Of a DNA stretch of 64,000 nucleotides, positions 53,445-64,000 are shown in pieces. Both the position numbers and the translations under genes were made by a program. Under the pieces are notes generated by a model. The model ran no database searches. It saw only the letters and a program-made list of their open reading frames with translations, and was not told the origin of the DNA. Origin of the DNA: Eledone cirrhosa (Eukaryota); contig OZ024748.1 of NCBI GenBank assembly GCA_964016885.1, positions 52,576,001 through 52,640,000 of the forward strand, in the 5' to 3' direction. Position 1 is the stretch's first letter. Every line of letters starts with the position of its first letter.

Positions 53445-53823
53445 ACATTTTCTCTCTCTCACACATACACAATTCATGTTTCTTTTTGGAAAGGAAGACG
53501 GTGATTTGATATATAAATATATATAGAGTGAGACATACATATATATATATATATATATATGTATGTGATGATGTATATATATATGTGTATTTGAATATTA
53601 ACCTGAGTGATAAGAGATAGGATGCTAGAATGAAAGGAATCACTGTATCTTGGTATATAAGTGGTAAATAGTTAAATGTGATCAGAGGAGATAGAACTTA
53701 ACTCTGTCAGAAAATAACAGAGAAAATGAAAATATCCAAAACTACTATCAATATATATTAATGTATATACAGATAGATAGATTTGTATGTGTGTGTATAT
53801 ATATAAAAACTCACACATATACA

Positions 53824-53899
<76 letters not shown>

Positions 53900-53902
<3 letters not shown>

Positions 53903-54163
53903 CATCCAGTCCTAAACAAATGAGGTTGTGTATGTGTCACGACAAAAAAAAAACACACACAGTCCACGCTGTAATGTGGCCATGTAGGTAACACAGTAAA
54001 AACCTCCCAGTCCACACTGTAAACGTGGTTAGTGTTAGGAAGGGCATCCAGCCGTAGAAAATCTGCCATACGAGCGAGACAACCAATCTTGCTTCAAGTG
54101 GGACAATTCCCGTCTAAACCCATGCTAGCGTGGAAGATAGACATTAAACGATGATGATGATGA
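53900..54163 (+). mobile_element. SINE family C
   Basis: Close match to 30860-31138. Confidence 0.88.
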
Positions 54164-56354
54164 TACAGAGTAAGCAATTTTTTGGTGATAATAATCAAAA
54201 GATAATAAACAACTTTAGACATTTCTGTAGACAAGAACAGAATGCAAGAAAAAAAGCCCCACAAATAACAGAAATAACATTTAAGATAGCAAATTAAATA
54301 ATAGAAAAAATACTGATAAAATGAAATCATTAGTTTTAATGGAAGTAATAACAGTAGCAATAGTTGTAGTAATAACAAACTAGACTGAAATGAAGTTGAA
54401 GTAAAAATTTACACAGAAATGATTAACAAAAAAAAAATTAAAAATTAAAAAATAAGAATAAATAAGAATAAATAAAAAAAAATGAAAATAAAAAAATAAG
54501 AACAAACCAAAAATCTAAGTAACACAGATGTACTGAAAAATTACTTTCAATAAGAGGAAACTTCAAATATTGACTCACACAGAGAAGATAATTTCTGCAG
54601 CTCCTGACATACACGCACACATATACCTCACACCACACCACACCATACCATACCATACCACACTACACCACCACAACCTACCATACACACCACACCACAC
54701 AACACCACACCACACCACACCGCACCACACCACACCACACTCCACCACACCGCATCACACTACACCACACCATACCACACTACTCCCCACCACACTACAA
54801 CACATTACAACACATCATACCAGATAACACTACACTACACCACCACAACCTACCATGCAACCTCTTGAAAAATAGCAATAAACTTTAAAATGAGAAAAAT
54901 TATATGTTGTTATAGCACTAATGATGATGATGATGATGAGAATATGATGATGATGATGAAAGTTCTATAGCAATTGTTGTTGTAGTTGTTTCATTGTCGT
55001 TTTTGTGTTTGGCATCAGATTATGTACTATAATGTCTACTATAAGAAGGTAATAAAAATCAGCATTATTATTCTCCTAACAAGCGTAAATGTGAAAAGCA
55101 GAGATGGTAAAAACACCAGAAGTGAATTACAGGGCATGCTCTTTAGTTTGACTTTGCTTCTAATTAAAGATTTCAGAAAGTTATCAGTCACACATAAAAT
55201 GTAGAAATTTTGTCTATCATATTGCTGCATTTTTTTCTTCTATCTTTCTTATAATAATTCTATATTTTATTTTATTTATTTTATATTTTTTTAAATACAT
55301 TTGTATATTTTTTATTTCTTTTCACATCTTATTTATTGAATAACATATTTTATTGTGTTTTGTTATTATTTCAAATTGCTATCTCCCTTTCTTAAAAGAT
55401 CTTCTGCAATCTGTGCTAGGTAAACCTTAAATATTTTCTTTAGAAAATATGGAAAAGATAATTAATCTCACATCTCGTTAAAAGCAAAAGCCTCAACCTA
55501 TACTTTACCTTCATATAGGTTTTTATACAAATAGATAAGCATGTTAACTAGATCTTTTCAAAATGAAAGTCTTCGTTCGTTGTTTGTTTGTTAGATTTGC
55601 AAATAAAAACACAGTACATAGTTCTCTCTTCATAAGTTAAGCCACATATTATCTCAACAATATATTTCTCTCTGCGTACCAAAAGTGAAAGAAAAGTACA
55701 CAAAAGCAGAAAAGTAAATAAATGTACAAAAAACAACATTTCTAGTGTATAAAATAGAGAGAAGACAAATATTTTATTTTGTATAAAATACTTAAGTTTT
55801 CATTTTTGCTTTTTATTTTTCCTTTCCTTCCTGTTCTGATATATTTTCTGTAAATTAAAATCATGGCAAACTCTTTGAGCATTTCTGATATTTACAATTT
55901 ATTCATTTATATATTTATTTATTCATCACTTTTTTTTCCTACTTAATATACTTTTGCCTACTTTACTTTTTAATGCTTTTTACAATATCATCACAAATTG
56001 TTTTAGAAAGTTATTTCAGTATTTTCCCTTGAGAAAGTTACTTGGAATCAAGTTAATCTAAAGAAATACATTCATAGCTGTATGAAATCTCTAACTAGAA
56101 GTTTATTAATCTCACTTTTGTTTTATCATTGATACTGTTTTCATTACAGTTTCACATATCCTCTCACTATTTTGACCTTTCAATCAATTATTACACATTT
56201 GCTTTCTGGTTCCTCTTCAAATATGTTTCTTATCCCAGCTCATGAGTATTAAGATCAAGTGACTGATTATTAACAATAACAGGTAGGATATATAATAACA
56301 ATAGATGACGATGAGTGAGAAATAGCATCTATATACTAATAAATTAAATAAATA

Positions 56355-56785
56355 TTGATTTCTACTATAGGTACAAGGCAAGCAATTTGAGGGTAGAGGA
56401 AAGTTGATTAAATAAACCTCCATGTATTACTGGTGCTTTATTTTCTCAACACCATGAGGATGAAAACCAAAGCTAACCGTGGCAGGATTTGAACTCAGAA
56501 GGTAAAGGGGCATGACTATGCTGCCAATACTACCAATTCACTGCCCTAAGCTAAATTATAATAATAATAATAGTTTCTGATTTAGGCACAAAGCCAACGA
56601 ATTTTCGAGGAGGGGAAAGTTGATTAAATCAACCTCAGTGTGTAACTGGTACTTTATTTCATCAGCCTTGCAAGGATGAAAAGTAAAGCTAACTTCAGTG
56701 GAATTTGAACTCAGAATGTAGAAAGTCATAAATACAACAAAGTAGTTTGTCTGACACTCTACCAATTCTGCCAATCTACCACCTT
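56355..56785 (-). mobile_element. Two diverged family B SINEs
   Basis: ggatgaaaa..aagctaac...gatttgaactcagaa in both. Confidence 0.78.
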
Positions 56786-57059
56786 TGAATGATTATTAAT
56801 AATAGTAGGACATACAATCAGGAGCAGATTTAGAATCTTGGGGGGCCCAGGTCAGTTCAGGTTTGGGGGCTCCATAATATAACAACATATACACACACAT
56901 ATATATAAACACACATACACACACATATATATATATATATGTACCGTTACCTATGTTGGGAGGGTGCCGTTACCTATGTTAGGAGGGTGCCATTACAACA
57001 ATGACATATACAGGTACTTAAGTTTTGTTGGGTTATACACCCCAACTCATTCAGCCTGT

Positions 57060-57107
<48 letters not shown>

Positions 57108-57120
57108 TATATATATATAT

Positions 57121-57176
<56 letters not shown>

Positions 57177-57183
<7 letters not shown>

Positions 57184-57437
57184 AGAAAAAAAGAGAATCA
57201 GTGTTGCGACAAATGGAATTTATTGGACATATTACAATTGTTTCTCTGGCGACCAGCTCGAGGCACGATCGATGTGATGATCGAACCTGACTCTGAAAAT
57301 CGCAAGGTCCTCAGATACGTCTTGATTCTACAACACTGATTCTCTTTTTTTCTGTGATATCATACTCTGCTCTATGAGTGCATCGAGTGCTCATACGGCC
57401 TACCGCATATGGACGCTTTAAGCATCCAACACCAATT
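57177..57437. mobile_element. Fold-back insert with minus-strand hammerhead and + strand tail
   Basis: Arms atatcacagaaaaaaagagaatcagtgttg (57177-57206) / caacactgattctctttttttctgtgatat (57331-57360). The tail contains gagtgc twice. Confidence 0.8.
57226..57321 (-). ncRNA. Type I hammerhead ribozyme with extended stem II
   Basis: Minus strand reads gacgtat CTGAGGA c-cttgcgat...gtcgccag-a GAAA caattG TA atatgtc. Stem I is 7 bp, stem III is the palindrome acaattgt, and the cleavage site is GUA. Confidence 0.78.
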
Positions 57438-57446
57438 ATATATATA

Positions 57447-57737
57447 TGCCCCCACTCCCCCCACCGCAAGGTGGTCGTGGAGGTGCCACGGCAAAAAAGC
57501 ACTCAGCCCACACTGTAAAGTGGACGTGTAGGCGCCACGAAAAAGCACCCAGCACTCACTGTAAATGAGGTTGGTGTTAGGAAGGGCATCCAGCTGTAGA
57601 AATCAAGCCAGATCAGTTCCTGTATGAGCAAGGTATGGTCAGCCGACCAGACACTGCCCACAACAGGACAACCCGTCTAACCCATGCTAGCGTGGAAGAA
57701 CGGACGTAAAACGGTGATGATGATGATGATGATGATG
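57447..57737 (+). mobile_element. SINE family C
   Basis: Duplicated ~45-bp module, then ttaggaagggcatccagc, tail ggtgatgatgatg. Confidence 0.88.
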
Positions 57738-58007
57738 ATATATATATATATAGTTATACTTTGGGAGGGGTCACCCAGCCAATAAAAACATACACACCTG
57801 TTGGTTTTCACTTCAATTTATTATAAATTTCTGATTGGTTGGTTGGATGGTTGGTTCGATAACTGGATGGTTGTTTATATATTGTCAAAGCTCTTTTGTC
57901 ACACCTTCTGTGACTTCCTCAGTGACTGGGTTTTTATTTTGTGTCCCTCCTTTGTTCTGTCCTACACCATCTTGTTTTTTGTGTGTTGTGTGCTTAGTTT
58001 GCATATA

Positions 58008-58215
58008 AATATAACAAAGTGGATATGGTAAGATACGAGGTGGACCATAACACAAAAGAGTACTCAATACTTGGGGTAGTAGAGTGGGCAATATGAAAAG
58101 AGTCAGGAACCCGACAGCTGAGCTCCAGCCATTTTGACAGCTAGATCCAAACAGTTTGGATCTAGCTGTCAAAACAGCCGGAGTTCAGCCATCGGGGTCC
58201 TGACTCTTTTCATTA
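58008..58215 (-). mobile_element. Fold-back insert (60-bp arms), same family as 15661-15855
   Basis: Arms 58093-58152 and 58154-58213. The tail 58010-58092 is the reverse complement of 15779-15857. Confidence 0.8.
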
Positions 58216-58232
58216 TATATATATATATATAA

Positions 58233-58571
58233 GGAGGCACATGGCTTAGTGGTTAGAGCATTGGCCTTGCAATCGAAAGGTTGTGAGTTCAATTCTCAGA
58301 CCGAGTGATGTGTTGTTTCCTTGAGCAAGACACTTTATTTCACATTGCTCCAGTTTACTCAGCTGTGGAAATGAGATGATAGGGACTGGGGTCCATATCA
58401 TTCCACTGCAAAGTGGTCGTGGAGGTGCCACGGCAAAAAAGCATCCAGCACTCACTGTAAATGAGGTTGGTGTTAGGAAGGGCATCCAGCTGTAGAAATC
58501 AAGCCAGAATCAGTTCCCGTCCCACCCTTGCAAGCAGGGAAAAGTGGACGTAAAATGAAATGAAATGATGA
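58233..58571 (+). mobile_element. SINE family A, full length
   Basis: As 38759-39094. Confidence 0.92.
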
Positions 58572-58590
58572 TATATATATATATATATAT

Positions 58591-58985
58591 GTTTAAGTGT
58601 TAAACAAGGTTCAATGAATACATCAAAGAATGAGTTTTACAATAGATTCGAAGCACTCAACTGCAAAAGCAGTTTTCCAGAGTTATTAATATTAATTCAA
58701 AATATTAACAAAATAGATATTCTTGTGATCAATTATATTTTATTATACATATTTCAGAGGTACTGAGTTAAGTTCAACAGTACGTCCTCATCAGATAAAA
58801 TAAAATGATACATGACATACCCTGACATGGTAGATGGTTAAGATTCAGAGTACTACCTTGAGGTACTACCTCAAGGTACTACTCTGATAATGACGTACTG
58901 TTGAACTTAACTCAGTACCTCTGAAATATGTATAATAAAATATAATTTATCACAAGAATATCTATTTTGTTAATATTTTGATTAA

Positions 58986-58988
<3 letters not shown>
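58591..58988. mobile_element. Fold-back insert with one intact and one mutated hammerhead, in (TA)n
   Basis: Arms ~58697-58786 and ~58892-58981. The tail has aagcactc at ~58651, and there is a small internal hairpin at 58846-58887. Confidence 0.8.
58736..58802 (-). ncRNA. Type I hammerhead ribozyme
   Basis: Minus strand reads tattttat CTGATGA ggac-gtactg...cagtac-ctct GAAA tatgtA TA ataaaata. The + strand copy at 58884 reads CTGATAA. Confidence 0.78.
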
Positions 58989-59025
<37 letters not shown>

Positions 59026-59461
59026 TCATCATCGTTTAACGTCCATCTTCCACGCTTGCAATGGTTTGGAATATATATTATATGTATGTATGTATATATA
59101 AATGTTATATGTATGTATGTGTATATATATATATATGTTATATGTATGTATATATGTTATATGTATATATATATATATATATATACATACATATTAAGAT
59201 CAAGTGAATATTTACTAATAAGAGTAGCAGATGCAATATGAATGGATGACAATGGATGACAGAAATATTAAAAAACGATAAGATATCTGAACTAATAACA
59301 AGTATAAACCAATAAACAGAATTAATAATAAATACCTCTGGTAATCCTACAAGGAGCTGATCAGTATAAAGGGTCATATATGATATAAACTCACATCCTT
59401 TGGAGAAGCTCAAAGAAAGAAAATGACTGAATAAGAAAATATTTAGTAGATATGTGTTTCC

Positions 59462-60535
59462 AATATGTATGGTTCTATAACTCCTGAGGAAGTTGTAGAG
59501 GTGCTATATTGACAGACAGCGTTTCTTGGGCAATTTAAATCTGGCAGAGCCTAACCCACTCCAGGCCTAAGTACAGCAGATTTCTTCGAGAGAAAGATAG
59601 ATAATTGTTTCTACTTTTGGCACAAGGCCAGCAATTATCCAGTGTATTACTGGTACTTTATTTTATCGACCCCGTAAGGATGAAAGGCAAAGTTAACCTC
59701 GGCGAGAGAAAGAAAGATAATGAAAGGGAAGGAGTGAGAAAGGAATAGTAGAGGAAGAATTGACCTATATTGACAGACAGCATTTCTAGGGCAATTTAAA
59801 CCTGGCAGAGCCTAACCCTTCGTAGAGACCTGAAAATCCGCCTCTTCATTGCTGTAGTGGAGTCTGTGCTGCTGTATGGGTCTGAGACTTGGACACTGAC
59901 CAAGAAACTCACTCAGATGGTGGATGGGTGCTACACGAGAATGCTGAGGATGGCTCTGCACATTAATCAGTATACACTGAGGATGAAAAACTCAGAGCTG
60001 TATGGGAGCATCCCAAAAGTCAGCTCAAAAGTGACACAGAGGAGATTGAGGTTAGCTGGACATGCTCACCGACATCCAGAGTTGACATTGCACTCAGTGC
60101 TCCTATGGGAGCCCCTACATGGGCACACTAGAAGAGGAAGACCAAGGTTAACGTATGTTGATGCCCTAAGGACAGACACTGGTCTATTGGAGACGCAGGA
60201 CATGGCAGCGATAATGAGGGACAGAGACCGCTGGAGAGAACTCGTCCATGGATCTCGGGAATTTTACCCGCCTTAGAGATAGAGAGCCTAACCCTCTCCA
60301 GGACTGAGTACAGCAGATTTCTTCGAGAGAAAGATAGATAGTGAAAGGGATGATGCGGGGAAAGGGTTAGTAGAGGAAGAATTGACCCCAGTACTAAACT
60401 GGTACTTTTCTTTATCGTCCTTGAAAGTATGAAAGACAAAGTTGACCTCAGCAGGATTTGAACTCAAAGAGCAGAGAGTCGAATTGAATATCAGAAAGCA
60501 TTCTATCCAACGTTTTAACAACTCTGCTAATTCAC
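59462..60535 (-). mobile_element. Partly duplicated family D SINE carrying a nested family B fragment (59601-59704) and the RTE insertion
   Basis: tatattgacagacagc...ctggcagagcctaaccc occurs at ~59506 and ~59766. The B-type head is at 60385-60535. Confidence 0.78.
59820..60282 (+). mobile_element. 5'-truncated RTE/RTE-X LINE with uninterrupted C-terminal ORF and 13-bp TSD
   Basis: LKIRLFIAVVESVLLYGSETWTLT...YTRMLRMAL...RRLRLAGH...LLWEP.HG..RRGRP.LTY.D.L..DTG is typical of the RTE C-terminus. TSD agagcctaaccct at 59807-59819 and 60283-60295. Confidence 0.93.
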
Positions 60536-60899
60536 TGACTTGTCTTCAATATAGGTTAGCATAAAACAAATTATCAAATATGCTGATATATATATAACAT
60601 CAACTAGATCAGGACATTTTATAACTTGATCTTCATTTTGATTTACATTTTTTTTTTTAAAATATGTTATAGGAATTAGGTGATAGCAAATTTAATGCAA
60701 AAATATATGTTTTCTGTTAGTATAACATAAGCTAGATATTTTATATTAATATTATAACATGTTTTTTAGAATATTATATTCTTTTCCCCTCTGGAGTTGA
60801 TAAAATATATACTAATTTGATATCTGTCATATCTCCTCCTTTTTATAAATTATAGAAAGAAAGCTTGCACTCAAGAAGGGCATCAATATTTACACATTA

Positions 60900-61402
60900 T
60901 GTGTGTGTGTCTATATATATATATATCATCATATACTTATATATATATATATATATCATCATAATATACTTATATATATATATATCATCATATACATATA
61001 TATATATGTGTATATTTATCATCATATACATATATATATATATATATTTATCATCATATACATATATATATCATCATATACATACATATATATATCAACA
61101 TATACATACATATATATATATCAACATATGCATATATATATCATTATATACATACATATATATATCATCATATACATACATATATATATCATCATATACA
61201 TACATATATATATATCATCATATACATACAATCATATACATACATATATATATATATATACACATATATCATCATATATATATATATATATATATCATCA
61301 TATATATATATATATATAGTGTGTGTATGTGTATTTACAACTGTATATATCATCATATACATACAATCATATACATACACATATATATATATACACATAT
61401 AT

Positions 61403-61468
<66 letters not shown>

Positions 61469-61490
61469 TGTGTGTATGTGTATTTACAAC
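60900..61490. repeat. (AT)n/ATCATC compound microsatellite
   Basis: Direct reading. Confidence 0.92.
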
Positions 61491-63461
61491 TGTAGTGGTG
61501 ATCAATGGGTATGATACATTTGTTTCTACAGTAAGCCAGTCTTCCCTAAGGAGGTATCTGTAATAAAGAATGTAAATATCTTCTTTTTGTCATCCTTCAT
61601 TTAGAATGATGACTGAATGAAGCTATGTAATTGTTCCATTGCCTTTCTGTGTTACTAAATAAAAGTAGCCATCATGTGTTGGAAATACATTCATACATTC
61701 TTTTCAAATTCATAACATAACATAGGAGGAAATAAATTGTGATCTGGGGAAAACTATCATAATGAAGAAGAAGAAGAAGACTTACAGAAGAAAATTGCTT
61801 ACACCAGCCTAATCAACTGCTGAGAAATTAACTAAATTGACGACAACTGTTACATCTTGAGGGTTACAGCAGACACACATATACACACACACATACAGGC
61901 ACCCAACACACACACACACATACCATGCCCAGGTGTTAAATTGTGGCAGTGAATCTGATTTTTTTATGTCTCCTAATTACTAACAACATTGACTTTCTTT
62001 CATGTTTAGTGAAACCTTTATTTATCTCATTTTGTTTTCTTCAAGTTTCCATCTTTGGGGCAACTATTTCTACCTGACACCACCACTTAAACCTGACATC
62101 AGGTATTGTTTTCATTTTTTTTTTGTCTGTCTTTCCTTCCATTTTATGTCTAATTACATAGCAACCTGCAGCCATGACAAAATTTATCTCACTACTACCC
62201 TTCTACCTTCTCTCCTTCTCCATCTCGGAAATTTAAGAGAATTTTGTTATTGGTAGCTTTCATTAAGTTCCTGCTTTGTTAGTCTGTTTGCTTTTTATTT
62301 GTTTTTTGGTTTGCATTTTTTTTACTTCCTCACTCTACTAATAAATTTTCTTTTACAATTCTAGTAGGGGACCTCCCTGATCGTTCACACCTGCCAATAA
62401 TTAAGGAAATAAATATATAAAATAATAAATAAATATACATACAAGCCTATGCTTTCTATTAAAGCATAGCTTGGGATACAAGATATTAGTTGATGTCTAG
62501 ACAATACTTTGGAAATTTTCAGTAATGTCAAAACCAATAACAGAAGGACACAAACAAAACTAGATTTGTCACAAGAATCACTTGGACGCTTTTGTTCTCA
62601 ATCTATGTAGGTAAAATAGATGGAAGTAAAAACAGAAACAAAAAATAGTCCTGTTAGAAAATTTCTGATTTTGATGGTATGGTAAATGACATTTATTTAG
62701 CTTTAAGAACATTAGCTTCCAAATTTCCACCACCATCTCTTTAAGCTGTCATCTCAAGTACTTGGTTCACAAGCTCCAAGTTCTTTTGCTAATAATCTCA
62801 ACACTGATGTCAGTGAGACACAACCAAAATTCTAACAGAATAATATTCTATTAGGCCAGACAGTATTTTACTTTTCTAATGTTTTACTAAGTCCAATTTA
62901 AGGGCCATCACTAATTCCTCAACTGGCGGTTTTTCTACAATAGTTTCTTAGAACACAACTGAAGACAGGTAAGTACTTAGTAAAACATTTACTGTTGAAG
63001 ACATAAAAAGAAATATATCTAAATTTTATATCTACTTTAAAAAGAAATTAAATTTGATAATATAAAATATAAGAGACATTTAATTATTCATTATTAATCT
63101 ATAAATTAGAGCAGTGGATTGGCAGTATGAGTAGAGTGTTAAACAAGATGTTTTGTGGCATAGAGTTACAGCCCTTTATGCTCTGAGTTCAAATCTTGTG
63201 CTAAAGAAGATCCATACATCAGTACAAGCACAACAATGTGATCATAAACACTAAAAAAATATGAAGGCTATGATTTACTCTTCTATGATCTAGCTACCAT
63301 ACCTACTATATATTTCTGATTGAGTAATAGGGAAAAGAAGGGCATCTGATTGGTCCATATCTATCTCCCTTCACCATTTTACATTACCTACCATCACCAT
63401 CATTATCATTCTTATTAACACTATCATTCTCTCTCTTTCTCTCTAGATATATATATATATT

Positions 63462-63799
63462 GGAGGCACATGGCTTAGTGGTTAGAGCATTGGCCTTGCA
63501 ATCGAAAGGTTGTGAGTTCAATTCTCAGACCGGGTGATGTGTTGTTTCCTTGAGCAAGACACTTTATTTCACATTGCTCCAGTTTACTCACTGTAGAAAT
63601 GAGATGATAGGGACTGGGTTCCCTATCATTCCACTGAAAAGTGGTCGTGGAGGTGCCACGGCAAAAAAGCACGCAGCACTCACTCTAAATGAGGTTGGTG
63701 TTAGGAAGGGCATCCAGCTGTAGAAATCAAGCCAGAATCAGTTCCCGTCCCACCCTTGCAAGCACGGAAAAGCAGACGTAAAATGATGATGATGATGAT
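63462..63799 (+). mobile_element. SINE family A, full length
   Basis: As 38759-39094. Confidence 0.92.
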
Positions 63800-63805
63800 T
63801 TATAT

Positions 63806-64000
63806 ATGCTCCGCTGGATGTGTAATAGTAATATACGTGAACAGCAAAGCATAAATGAACTATGTGAGAAATTAGGAATAAGAGGGATCAGATGCCGTTT
63901 ACTTGAGAGAAGACTATGTTAGTATGGTCACGTGACATGCAGGAAAGATGACAGCTATATATAAAAAGTGCAGGGCGATCAAAATTGATGCAAGTAGGCA
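63806..64000 (+). mobile_element. Degenerate RTE LINE C-terminal fragment (runs off the window)
   Basis: MLRWMCN...ELCEKLGIRGIRC..ERRLC*YGHV matches the RTE pattern MLRWM...RLRWYGHV. Confidence 0.8.

Noticed and set aside
59471-59501. CTGAGGA inside a hairpin in family D SINE
   Set aside because: The motif is in the loop, lacks a GAAA partner and is not conserved in other copies. It is better explained as a SINE 3' stem-loop.

Overview
AT-rich, repeat-saturated eukaryotic non-coding DNA (intron or intergenic). It is most likely from an octopus or another cephalopod, inferred from the tRNA-derived SINE types and the extreme (AT)n/(CA)n/(CAC)n microsatellite load. No host protein-coding gene can be identified with confidence, and almost all listed ORFs are translations of simple repeats or SINEs. 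Recognisable content: dozens of SINE copies in at least four families, three RTE-type LINE fragments (one young, with a 13-bp target-site duplication), TTAA-, TA- and hAT-type MITEs, and several minisatellites. The standout signal is a set of about ten short, mutually divergent inserts, most sitting in (TA)n tracts. Most have a fold-back inverted repeat plus a single-copy tail, usually carrying a GAGT(G/A)C motif, and many contain type I hammerhead ribozyme cores. Seven full cores with pairing stems are readable by eye, plus one minimal core and several half or degenerate ones. One insert holds a ~319-nt unit in two different circular permutations. These look like Penelope-like-element or retrozyme-type insertions.
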